From positions 1 through 21,678 of the forward strand of contig NW_021823645.1 of the NCBI RefSeq assembly GCF_006345805.1: DNA of 21,678 bases, read 5' to 3'. The notes under the pieces were generated by a model. The model had not been told where the DNA came from. It did no database searches and worked only from the letters and a program-made list of their open reading frames with translations. Shown here one piece after another: positions 10,795 to 20,565 of the stretch. Origin of the DNA: Octopus sinensis. Lineage: Eukaryota. The position numbers and the translations under genes were made by a program. The number at the start of each line of letters is the position of its first letter. Positions within the stretch are counted from its first letter, which is position 1.

Positions 10795-11140
10795 AAACGA
10801 CGACGCCGTGGTGATCTCATTCTTGCTCACAACATCATAAGCGGAAAGAGCTGTTCTTCACTCCTGCTCCAGAGCGTCGGCTGCGAGGTCACTCCGAAAA
10901 GCTCTATCTGCGACGATTTCATCCCAATCGAAGGAGAAGGGCTTTCTCCGTCCGGGTTGCGGATCCGTGGAATAAGCTGCCGGACGAGATAGTGAAGATG
11001 CCGACGACCGCTCGGTTCAAAGTCTCTCTTGACCAGAAATGGCCTGAACTCTTTTCATAAGCACCCTCCCTGTACATAACTCCATGTCCCCATACATGGC
11101 CTTGCTTTCTGCTTTTTGAGCCAAAAAATTTACTTAACTT
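10795..11140 (+). pseudogene. 3' end of a CR1-type LINE (ORF2 C-terminus plus 3' UTR)
   Basis: RRRRGDLILAHNIISGK / frameshift / ELFFTPAPERRLRGHSEKLYLRRFHPNRRRRAFSVRVADPWNKLPDEIVKMPTTARFKVSLDQKWPELFS* (stop 11058-11060). This matches the RGDL..RGH..F..RV..WN.LP..FK..LD signature of CR1 ORF2 ends. The UTR ends in ACTTA repeats. Confidence 0.88.
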
Positions 11141-11319
11141 ATATGTATGTATGCGTGTATGCACATACAGATGTATACATTTAACTACAGTTTTCTATGC
11201 GTTTTCTTTTAGCTCCGTCGCAGTTTTCTGCCAAAAACATTTATTTAGCCGAAACTCAATGGTAATATAAACCACCCCGGGAAAAAAAGGGGGTAACCTG
11301 AAACTACAAATGAGGGTAC

Positions 11320-11373
11320 CACCACCATCACCACCAACAACATTAGCAACAACAGCACTATCACCACCATTCC

Positions 11374-11442
<69 letters not shown>

Positions 11443-11480
11443 ACTACTACTACTACTACTACTACTACTATTACTACAGC
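11320..11480. repeat. (CAC)n/(TAC)n/(TGC)n compound trinucleotide repeat
   Basis: Direct reading. Confidence 0.95.
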
Positions 11481-11959
11481 TGCCGCTACCATTGACATTA
11501 GTACTTCCACTCTTCCCTTAACCACCTGTACATTATCTCCCCTCCCACTACACACAAATGACCCACAACTGTTTGTGTTTTTGCACTTTTCCAGCTTCTG
11601 TCTGAAAACGACAGAAGCTGATCGATGACCCATCACGTACATCTCCCCCTCCTCCTCTCCTTTTTCTCCTTCTCCTGCCCATCCTCTTCCCATCCTCCTC
11701 CCACTTCCTCTTTCACCTTTTCGCAACAATAATTCTTTCTGCTGTAGGTGCAAGGTTTCAAATTTTAGGGTTCTCGTTTCGTACCCCACCTCTCTCAGAC
11801 ATCCCTGATCGTCTTTTTTTCACCTTTTTGTCCTCTCAATGTGTCCATACTCCACGGCCTGCTTCTGGGCCAGTATACCCCCCTTCTTGTTGTCACTGTT
11901 CTCTGGTCTTGGACTGATAGCTTCTTTTCTTTGACAATACGGAAGAGCCCCCACTAAAG

Positions 11960-12553
11960 GAAAGAAAGAACGAACGAACGAAGGAAGGAGGAAGAAAGGA
12001 AGGAAGAAGGAAGGATACTGGAAATAAAAACAAAATACCAATTTAATTCACCAACTATAAGCACTCAACAAGAACGACTGGCCTTTATATATATATTTCT
12101 TTACTACCCACAAGGGGCTAGACACAGAGGGGATAAACAAGGACAGACAAACGGATTAAGTCGATTACATCGACCCCAGTGCGTAACTGGTACTTAATTT
12201 ATCGACCCCGAAAGGATGAAAGGCAAAGTCGACCTCGGCGGAATTTGAACTCAGAACGTAACGGCAGACGAAATACGGCTACGCATTTCGCCCGGCGTGC
12301 TAACGTTTCTGCCAGCTCGCCGCCTTTATATATAGATGAAGAAGGCTGTTTGGTCAACATACATGCGTTTCATAACCCTGACTGAAAGAAAGAAAGAAAG
12401 AAAGAAAGGAAGGAAGGAAAGAGGAAAGGATGCGGGAAATACAACAAAATACTAATGTAAGTGACCAACTATGAGCACCCAACCAGAATGACTGAGCTAC
12501 ATAGATGAAAAAAGGTTGCTTGGTCAGCATATATAGGTTTCGTAACCCCGAAA
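11960..12553 (+). repeat. Old ~170-bp tandem duplication, first unit interrupted by a SINE
   Basis: Unit 1 is 11960-12093 plus 12335-12385; unit 2 is 12385-12553 (GGAT.C.GGAAATA.AACAAAATAC.AAT...ACCAACTAT.AGCAC.CAAC.AGAA.GACTG...TAGATGAA.AAGG.TG.TTGGTCA.CAT). Confidence 0.8.
12094..12324 (-). mobile_element. Young full-length family A SINE with target-site duplication
   Basis: Intact head GGCGGCGAGCTGGCAGAAACGTTAGC and B box GAGTTCAAATTCC. GCCTTTATATATA is present at both 12081-12093 and 12322-12334. Confidence 0.93.
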
Positions 12554-13219
12554 CCTATAAATTCTGACTAATAACGCTACCACAAACCTGATGCAGTGGA
12601 ACTGCGTCAGTGACCAGGCTGCAGTTGGTGCGGCGAAAATTTTGATACCAAACAGCAAATGCTTCAGCGAAATTAAAAGTCCGTGTCTTTTGAATAACTA
12701 CCGATGTGTATCCTCCAAGTTGTAACTTATATTCTTTGTTTTGTTTTGTTGTATATAGAAACACAATTTCGTTAACCTTCGCGTGACACGTTACCCTTTT
12801 AGAGGGCGAAACCCGATCCCAAGTGAAACAAACACTTCATTCAGAAGATTCACAGCTATCAGTCTCTTCATAACGATTATCTTTCATTTATTGACTGATT
12901 CGATATATATATGTTTCCACCGTTTATTTCCCTTCGCACTCACGCCACCCTCCTCTATCCACCCTTCCATTTCTGCTCCCCCTCCTCTCTCTCAAGCATC
13001 TACTCACCCCATCTATCCTATACTCCTGCCATTGATGTGTTTCTCTATCAGCCGCGATCTGACACTTAGGACCTTTTACGTAATCGGTATACTCATACCA
13101 CGTGTCGTATCATGTCACGTTATGCTTCGGTGATTCTTTTTTTGTCTTTGTTTTTCTTTTGTCTCGTCTTTCGCTCACACTCATTTGTGTACACGCTCAC
13201 TCGTTGACACCCTTCATCA

Positions 13220-13980
13220 CTCACACAACCACTTAGTCGAGACAATCAATCAATCAATCACGTAAACAACCAACCAGTCAACCAATCACTCACTCAATCT
13301 GTCACTCAGAGTTAGTTAATCATCTGACCAATCACATAATTAATCATTACTTCACTCAGCGGATCAATCAATACTTTCTTCACTCAGTCACTCGTTCACT
13401 CACTCACTTAATCAATCAATCAATCAATATTTAATCACGCAAATAATCAACTAATCACAAAAGCAATACTTGACTCACTGAATCAATTAACCAATCAATC
13501 AATCAATCAATAAGTCACTCACTGAATCACTCAGTCAATGAATTGCATAATCCAACAAATAATATTTCACCCACTAAATTCCTTTCTTCTTCCTTCCCTT
13601 CTCTCCCATACAATCAATATTTAATCATTCATGAAAACAATCGGCCAGTTACGAAATCAGTCAAGTATTCAATAATTTACTCACTCTTATTCAACTAATT
13701 GCTCAGTCATTCAATCAGACTATCGACTATCAATCACTGAGCAAATCCCTCACTCAATCGATGATTCGATCAATCGATCACTCAATCTATTAATCATTTA
13801 ATTAAATAGCAATACTTCACTCATAGACTCATTCATTCACTAACCTACTGAATCAATAAATCAATATTCAATCACTCATTCAGTCAAACAAATATGTAGT
13901 TAATATATCAATAATTTGGTCAATCAATCCTAGAAGAAATCACTCGATCAATCAATGATTCGATAATTCACTCAGTTTTA
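13220..13980. repeat. Degenerate (TCAA)/(TCAC) tetranucleotide region
   Basis: Direct reading; continues between SINEs to about 14820. Confidence 0.85.
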
Positions 13981-13984
13981 ATTT

Positions 13985-14052
13985 TTTTCTTTCCACTAAA
14001 GGCACAAAGCCTTAAATTTAAGGAGGATGGGGGCTTAGTCAATTAGATCGAC
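13985..14052 (-). mobile_element. Family A SINE 3' fragment, apparently interrupted by the family E copy
   Basis: TTCCACTAAAGGCACAAAGCCTTAAATTT...TTAGTCAATTAGATCGAC matches the 3' end at 1110-1167. A GGTACTTAAT continuation appears after 14420. Confidence 0.6.
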
Positions 14053-14084
14053 TTGTGAAAGGGTAAAGACTCGTATTTGACTAG

Positions 14085-14410
14085 TAAAAGGGCAAACACA
14101 CCCTTCGGTCACGAATGTCCATGGGATTGCACAGAAAATTCCCCAAATCTGGGAAGAGTTGTTTCTGGAAGACTAACAGTCTCCCATGCATACCAACCTC
14201 CCTTCTCCATGCCACTGATGTTATCCAAGGGAAAGGCTAAGGGGCCGATACAGCTTGGCACCAGTGACAACTCATTTCTACAGCTGAGTGAACTATAGCA
14301 ACGTGAAATAATGTGTCTTGCTCAAGAACAGAATACACAGCCCAGTCCAGGAATTGAACTCAGAGCCACACGATTGTAAACTCGACAGTCTAACCATAGA
14401 GCCATGTGCC
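14085..14410 (-). mobile_element. Family E SINE, diverged copy
   Basis: Reverse complement of 10389-10727 (CCCTTCGGTCA.GAATG.CCATGGGATTGCAC...CCGATACAGCTTGGCACCAGTGAC...CAGCTGAGTGAAC...GTCTTGCTCAA). Confidence 0.88.
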
Positions 14411-14498
14411 GTCACCACTTGATAGGTACTTAATGAATTAACTAATAATCCGTCCACTAACCCATTCAATAAACCATTTAATCAATCCATGATTTAAT

Positions 14499-14711
14499 AT
14501 TGGTTTCAAATTTTGGCACAAGGCCAGCAAGTTCGAGGGAGGGGGTAAGTTGATTACATCGACCCCAGTGTTTAGCTGGTACTTATCGACTCCGAAATGA
14601 TGAAATACGAAGTCGACCAAAGCGGAATTTGAACTCAGACCGTGAAGATGGACAAAATTCCGCAAAGCATTTCGCCCAGGGTGCTAACGATTCTGCCAGC
14701 TCCACGCCGCC
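14499..14711 (-). mobile_element. Family A SINE (subfamily ending GGCCTTGTGCCAAAATTTGAAACC)
   Basis: Full head and B box on the minus strand. Confidence 0.88.
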
Positions 14712-14834
14712 TTAATCCGTAATTTAATACTCCAGTCACTCATTCAGTTAATCTTCACTCAGTCACTCAAACTTTACTCATTCAGTCAATCTTTACTCAA
14801 CTTTTTACATAATCAATAGAATTTATTCATTTAA

Positions 14835-15048
14835 GGCAGTGAGCTGGCAGAATCGTTAGCACACCGGACAAAATGCTTAGAGGCATTTCGTCCGTCTTTA
14901 TATTCTGAGTTCAAATTCCATCGAGTCGACTTTGCCTTTCATCCTTTTAGGATCGATGAAATGAGTACCAGTTGAATACTGGGGGTCGATGTAATTGACT
15001 TAGCCCCTCCCCCGAAATTGCTGGCCTTGTGCCAAAAATTGGAAACCA
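14835..15048 (+). mobile_element. Family A SINE, same subfamily
   Basis: GGCAGTGAGCTGGCAGAATCGTTAGC...GAGTTCAAATTCC...GGCCTTGTGCCAAAAATTGGAAACC. Confidence 0.9.
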
Positions 15049-15067
15049 GTGTAACATATGCATTTAA

Positions 15068-15281
15068 GGCGGCGAGCTGGCAGAATGGTTACCGCACCGG
15101 AAAAAATGTTCAGCAGTATTTCTTCCGACTTTAGGTTCTGAGTTCAGATGCCGCCGAGGTCGAATTTACCTTTCATCCTTTCAGCATCGATAAAATAAGT
15201 ACCAGTTGAACACTGGGGTTAATGTAATCGATTAATCTCCCCGCTACCAAAATTGCTGGCCTTGTGCCAAAAATTGAAACA
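15068..15281 (+). mobile_element. Family A SINE, same subfamily, tandem to the previous copy
   Basis: GGCGGCGAGCTGGCAGAATGGTTACC...GAGTTCAGATGCC...GGCCTTGTGCCAAAAATTGAAAC. Confidence 0.9.
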
Positions 15282-15674
15282 CATTACCTATGCATTTCAT
15301 ATCTTCCCGCTCCCGTGCCGGCCATACTTTAGTCCATTTGTAAATCGAGATACATTCAACGTCTCCTCAATTCACTGTAGTCCAAGATACACTATGCCAG
15401 AAAATAAAAGTCCGGATGCTCATGGCTACATTGTCCTTTTCATCATAGGCCTGTCTTCTAGATCTAGGACTAACCTGGAGCAAAACAACAACAACAGCAG
15501 CAGCGCAGCAGCAACAAACCAATACGTCACCAACACCACCTCCACCCTTCTCATTCCCGCCATCCCGTCCTTTTTTTTGTTTTATCTGTTTCATTTAACA
15601 GTGCAGACCCTCTCCAAAATCGATACCTTACCGACATGTTTGCCACCGGAAACCTGATAAATATCTCGGTCCTG

Positions 15675-15692
15675 CTCCTCTCTCTTTCCCCA

Positions 15693-15724
<32 letters not shown>

Positions 15725-15747
15725 TCTCTCTTCTCACTCTCCTCACT

Positions 15748-15818
<71 letters not shown>

Positions 15819-16040
15819 CTTTGCTCCTTACTTTTCCATATCCCTTTCCTCCTCGGCCATCTTCCGTTTTCAACTCCACCGCCTCATATTCCACTACTTC
15901 TCCATTCATCACCTCCACCATCGCCACCACCACCATCGCCTACACCACCATCACCACCACCATCATCAACAACAACATCACCGCCACTACTGCCACCACC
16001 ATCGCCGCCACCACCACTGCCATCACCCCTCATCACCTCC
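15675..16040. repeat. (CT)n and degenerate (CAC/CAT)n low-complexity region
   Basis: Direct reading. Confidence 0.9.
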
Positions 16041-16395
16041 ACCGCCCCCCTCCAACACCACAGAGCCTCGAATATGAAATGGAAAAAGAATTACATTAAT
16101 CAACTTCTGAGTTCCACTGCATCTCATAGCAGAAACAACTGTAAGGCAATGAAGTGCCATAAGATAATCATTTATACCTTTGTCATCTCATTATCCTCTG
16201 TGTGTGTGTGTGTGTAGAGTGGCTGTGTGGTAAGTTGCTTGCTTACGCACCACATGGTTCTGGGTTCAGTCCCACTGCATGGCACCTTGGGCAAGTGTCT
16301 TCTACTATAGCCTCGGGTCGACCAAAGCCTTGTGAATGGATTTGGTAGACGGAAACTGAAAGAAGCCTGTCGTATATATATATATATATATATAT

Positions 16396-16759
16396 TAATT
16401 TCATGGGCTCCTCGTGAGCGTTTGTCGAAAAGCTTGTTGTGCATTTTGTTGGAGAATTAAGTTCCTGGATTTTCCTGAAGAGAAAGCTGCAAAATGGACT
16501 CCTTATTCAATCGGAATTAGGCACTTTGCAGACTTCGAAACATATGTCGAAAATAAAATAAAGGAATTTGGTTAAATCTTCGTTCAGCTCCATTCTTTAC
16601 TATACTTAATATATAAAACTTCAAATTTCCGCACTAAGGCACGGATTTTATGCCTCATGGTCGTAACTTCAACCGTGCTCTCTCTGTTGTGATTTTTGCT
16701 ACCCAAGTATCGGTTATCATTTGAATTATCCGTAATAAGATAATTCATTTATCTACTTC

Positions 16760-16760
<1 letters not shown>
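16396..16760 (+). mobile_element. ~365-bp hammerhead-carrying unit inserted in (TA)n (retrozyme-like or Penelope-like terminal repeat)
   Basis: Non-SINE sequence bounded by (TA)n on both sides. It contains the hammerhead, a double AATAAA at 16551-16562 and a TGAATTATC/GATAATTCA hairpin (16722-16747). The class assignment is inference. Confidence 0.6.
16469..16554 (+). ncRNA. Type I hammerhead ribozyme, intact core, predicted cleavage GUC after 16548
   Basis: Stem I ATTTTC(16469-74)/GAAAAT(16549-54); core CTGAAGA (16475-81); stem II GAAAG-CTGCAAA/TTTGCAG-ACTTC; GAAA (16537-40); stem III within palindrome ACATATGT; triplet GTC. Confidence 0.9.
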
Positions 16761-16796
<36 letters not shown>

Positions 16797-17037
16797 ATGT
16801 ATATGTATGCATGCATGTATGTATGTATGTATGTATGTATGTATGTATGTATGTATGTATGTGAGTGCGTATATGGTTGTGTGTCTGTGTTTGTCCCACC
16901 CCCAGCATCGCTTGACAACCGATGCTGGTGTGTTTACGTTCCCATAACTTAGCGGTTTGGCAAAATAGAGCAATAGAATAAGTACTAGGCTTACAAAGAA
17001 TAAGTCCTGGGGTCGATTTACTCGATTAAAGGCGGTC

Positions 17038-17257
17038 GTCAAGCAATGATGGGGACACACAGACACACAAACATATACATACATACAAACATACATACAT
17101 ACGTACGTACACTCACAAACACACACACATATATACACAACAGGATTCCTTCAGTTTCCGTCAACCAAATCCACTCACAAGGCTTTGGTCGGCCCGAGGC
17201 TATAGTAGTGGAACCTGGGGCCATGTGGTTAGAAAGGAAACTTTTTGTCACACAGCC
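17038..17257 (-). mobile_element. Family B SINE, 3'-truncated and internally deleted, abutting the plus-strand copy tail-to-tail
   Basis: GTCAAGCAATG...GACACACAGACAC linker...TTCAGTTTCCGTCAACCAAATCCACTCACAAGGCTTTGGTCGGCCCGAGGCTATAGTAG...CACACAGCC. Confidence 0.85.
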
Positions 17258-17300
17258 CCCCCCCCACATATATATATATATATATATATATATGATTTAC

Positions 17301-17337
17301 GTGTTTCAGTCATTGGGCTGCGGCCATGCTAGGGCAA
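17301..17337 (-). mobile_element. Family B SINE extreme 3' fragment
   Basis: GTTTCAGTCATTGGGCTGCGGCCATGCT matches 146-173. Confidence 0.6.
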
Positions 17338-17848
17338 CATATGTATTAGACATCAATACTTTTAAATTTGGTTCGTATTCTAAAGGTTGGTCGAGCGGAG
17401 AAAGACGCACAGAAAGATACACACACACACATGCACACATACCCCCACACACACACATCCATACACACGCACACCCACACACACTAAACCCATAAAGATA
17501 CGTGTGTATATATGTGTGTGTGTGTGTGTGCATGCGTGTGTGCGCGTAAGTGTGCGTGGCGCGAAGAAACTTGCTGTCTTGTATGTGTGACATAAAAAGT
17601 GTTGTTGCGTATGTTTTTTTATTTTTTTTTTCGCTTCCGTTACTCCCGCCATTCATCAGAATAAAATAACAAAAAAGAAAGAAAACAATAAGCAGAAACA
17701 ATTTCATTGAGAGAAGTGTTTTTTTTTTTCTTTCTTTCCTCTTTTGATCTTTAGGGATTTAGAAAAATGGGGTTTGTCTTTCATAACAAAAAATATGGGT
17801 TTTGTATAGTATCAAGCAAGATAACATGTGTACGCAAACACACACACA

Positions 17849-17885
<37 letters not shown>

Positions 17886-17929
17886 GGGTACACGTCTACA
17901 AGTATTCACACGCACACACGTTGTATGCA

Positions 17930-17964
<35 letters not shown>

Positions 17965-18096
17965 AGAGAGAAAGGGAGAGAGAGGGGTGGGAAAGAACTT
18001 CAGATAGTAGTGATATCATATGTACACGGATATATAAATACACACATACACACACACACGGACACACACACACACACACACACACCTTCGTTATTT

Positions 18097-18130
<34 letters not shown>

Positions 18131-18139
18131 TTTATATAC

Positions 18140-18198
<59 letters not shown>

Positions 18199-18204
18199 AT
18201 ATAT

Positions 18205-18425
18205 AAGAACTTTAATGAACTTTGGAAATCTGTTTGTGTTACTTATTATCTACAGTACTTCATGGTATAGCCTCACCACTAGGATGTCTAGAGAACTCAC
18301 ATGTATTTTAGCTGATGAGTACGGGACAACGTTTATATGCTGTAATTTTTACAACTTTAATAAAGCCTGTCCTGTATGAAACGATTGTACTAAAAACCTA
18401 TCCATTCTGTTGCTTCTTTCTCGCT
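18205..18425 (+). mobile_element. ~220-bp hammerhead-carrying unit inserted in (TA)n
   Basis: Unique sequence between two (TA)n tracts containing the second hammerhead. No visible similarity to 16396-16760 outside the ribozyme core. Confidence 0.55.
18306..18395 (+). ncRNA. Type I hammerhead ribozyme, near-intact, predicted cleavage GUA after 18389
   Basis: Stem I TTTTAG(18306-11)/CTAAAA(18390-95); core CTGATGA (18312-18); stem II GTACGGGAC/GTCCTGTAT (9 bp including two G-U); GAAA (18378-81); stem III ACGATTGT (self-complementary with G-U); triplet GTA. Confidence 0.85.
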
Positions 18426-18435
18426 TATATCTATA

Positions 18436-18470
<35 letters not shown>

Positions 18471-18473
<3 letters not shown>

Positions 18474-18663
18474 TTTCATTTGTTTCAATCACTGGACTGC
18501 AGCCATGCTGGAGCACCGTGTAAATCGACCCCAGGACTTATTCTTTATAAGCCTAGTACTTATTCTATCGATTCCTTTTGCCGAACCACTATGTTACGGA
18601 GATGTAAACACACCAACGATGGTGGTGGTGCTGGTGAGAAACACAGACACAAATATACACCCC

Positions 18664-18709
<46 letters not shown>

Positions 18710-19119
18710 GGAGATAGATAGATAACAATAATTAAGGGTTTAGCAACGAGTTGCTTAACCATATACCGAAAAAAAAAAATAACGGTCTTTTGGCTGCTAT
18801 TTCTAAATTTTTCGGTATGTGGTTGCTAAACTCGTTGCTAAACCCTTTCCATACCGAAACTACTTTGTGAAATTTATTGATTATAAATTAATAATTTTTT
18901 ACCCTATATCTAAAAATATATATACATATACATACATATATAATTTTATATAATTTTATTTAATTTATATTAAAATTTTTTTATGTATTGGATTAAGTCT
19001 TTCTTTGTTTGATTTGCAAAATAGTGGTTTTGTCTCTAATTAATATTATATAATATTTTACTATAAATTGGATTCAATCCTAAATCTGATCTTCCCGTAA
19101 ATTTGAATTTATTCCCTAA

Positions 19120-19161
<42 letters not shown>

Positions 19162-19280
19162 ATATATATATCTATATATATATATATATATATAATATGC
19201 ATATATACGACGGGCGTCTTTCAGTTTCCGTCTACTAAATTCACTCACAAGGCTTTGGTCGGCCCGAGGCTATAGTAGAA
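18471..19280 (-). mobile_element. Family B SINE split: 3' half 18471-18655, part of 5' half 19204-19280, linker occupied by an insertion
   Basis: TGTTTCAATCACTGGACTGCAGCCATGCTGGAGCACCG...ACTTATTCTTTATAAGCCTAGTACTTATTCT, and TATACGACGGGCGTCTTTCAGTTTCCGTCTAC...GAGGCTATAGTAGAA. Confidence 0.82.
18734..18847. repeat. MITE-like inverted repeat (40-bp arms, 34-bp spacer)
   Basis: AAGGGTTTAGCAACGAGTTGCTTAACCATATACCGAAAAA versus TTTTTCGGTATGTGGTTGCTAAACTCGTTGCTAAACCCTT; 5 mismatches in 40. Confidence 0.85.
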
Positions 19281-19457
19281 CTCTACACATTTTCTTCATT
19301 CACTCCCTATTTTTTTTTTTTTACCTCTTATTACATTCTGTTGAAGAGCGTTGGCTCGAAACATAAAAGACATATTTTTACCGAACGTCAAACAAATACA
19401 CTTGCTTGTTGTTCATACACCTGTCTTCGTCTTTTGTTTTTCTATAAATTTCAACTA
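19281..19457 (+). mobile_element. Short repeat family D, copy 2, with variant hammerhead-like fold at 19334-19369
   Basis: Homologous to 7141-7315; truncates the SINE at 19280 and ends in (TA)n. Confidence 0.75.
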
Positions 19458-19472
19458 TATATATATATATCA

Positions 19473-19534
<62 letters not shown>

Positions 19535-19562
19535 GTTGTTGTTGTTGTTGTTGTTGTTATTA
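19458..19562. repeat. (ATT)n/(GTT)n microsatellite
   Basis: Direct reading. Confidence 0.95.
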
Positions 19563-20101
19563 TAAGGAGAAAATGGAGAATTCTAACTGATAAAATTCAA
19601 TTTATTTACATTTTGTCAAAATTCTCTGCAATCTACATGTGTTTCAATAGTTAACTCATAGTTATACTGGATTCTTGGACTTTTACATCGATATATAAGA
19701 TTAAACCGGGGAAGCTTGGATAATAACATCCCTTTTAGAGGATATCTATATCTATCAATCTATCTATCTAGATATCTGCCTGTATGTATGTATGTATGTA
19801 TACATGTATGTTTATTTCACGGTGCTCCAATCTACTCAGCTGGCCAAAACTAGTAGCACCGCCTGTGTAAACATGAAACAACTGTGTAAACAACATGAAA
19901 TACAAAAACAAACGCGTTAAATACGAAAACAACGAGAGAGAATGGAAAACAGGACAAGTAAACACAGAGAACGACCCTTCATAAGTTGTCGGCTGTCTAT
20001 CTACTCCTCATTTCGAGCATTCAACGAAAATATGAGTCTTCAAAGACAGCTGCTCCCTTAAAATTTAGGATTTATGGAAGGTCAAAGTTGGGAACAAAAA
20101 C

Positions 20102-20298
20102 AGCGGAGTTTAGTTCGAGGTGAGATGGCAGTGGACTTCCATACCGGCCGAAGAATAGCGGAGGATTGCCAAGCCTTCTTGCTTCTTCTCGTGATGTCCT
20201 CGTCTGATCCACTTGATTTGCTGATCTTACTGCCAAGATAGACAAACTCACTAACGTCTTCCACAGGTGCCCCCTCAATTGTGATTGACTCTTCCTGC
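20102..20298 (-). pseudogene. RTE-clade LINE reverse-transcriptase fragment
   Basis: Minus frame KQEESITIEGAPVEDVSEFVYLGSKISKSSGSDEDITRRSKKAWQSSAILRPVWKSTAISPRTKLR matches the E.V.EF.YLGS.I...G....I..RI.KA...F..L..VW...IS..TKLR motif of RTE RT C-terminal regions. Confidence 0.85.
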
Positions 20299-20490
20299 TT
20301 AGATTTTTCTTAGGCCTGGCCAGATTGGAGCAGTCACGAGTATAACTAGCCGAAACTGCAAAGATAATCTGGAACTCGACTGACGAAATAAAACTCCGAA
20401 TGACCCGTTCTTGTTTTTTCTTGTCCCTTTTTTGTATCATCTAACTGTCTGGATGTTTTGCGTTCTTGTCCCATTTTTGTATTCTTTGAT
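20297..20490 (+). mobile_element. Unclassified interspersed repeat (family C), copy 2
   Basis: Homologous to 2800-2974; ends in (TA)n. Confidence 0.75.
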
Positions 20491-20565
20491 ATATATATAT
20501 ATATATATATATATAATACATACATACATACATACATACAAGTGTTACGGAATGGAGTAGGTAAG

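Larger units (their letters stand above)
16216..17036 (+). mobile_element. Family B SINE split into 5' half (16216-16373) and 3' half (16872-17036) by an insertion in its microsatellite linker
   Basis: The head GTGGCTGTGTGGTAAG...GGTTCAGTCCC...GAAAGAAGCCTGTCGT(TA)n resumes as GTGTCTGTGTTTGTCCC...CTTGACAACCGATGCTGGTGTGTTTACG...AAAGGCGGT. Confidence 0.88.

Noticed and set aside
11213-11261. Possible 49-nt exon (TTTTCTTTTAG|...|GTAATA) encoding PSQFSAKNIYLAETQ
   Set aside because: Splice-like signals are common by chance, the peptide is unrecognised and no partner exons are identifiable.
11825-11953. Possible minus-strand exon after a long pyrimidine tract
   Set aside because: The tract is a (TTCC/TTTC) microsatellite, and the open frames give no recognisable protein.
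15300-15480. Unique-looking segment within ORFs 15253-15657 (+) and 15367-15594 (-)
   Set aside because: No recognisable domain, and candidate minus-strand exons contain stops in all frames.
17620-17670. Minus-strand CTGATGA...GAAA
   Set aside because: No credible stem II, the GAAA is part of a poly-A run, and there is no NUH site or stem I.
19975-20030. Minus-strand GAAA...CTTATGAAGG resembling a permuted hammerhead
   Set aside because: The core is mutated and stems could not be paired convincingly; the surrounding 19870-20105 is probably a repeat but has no second copy here.
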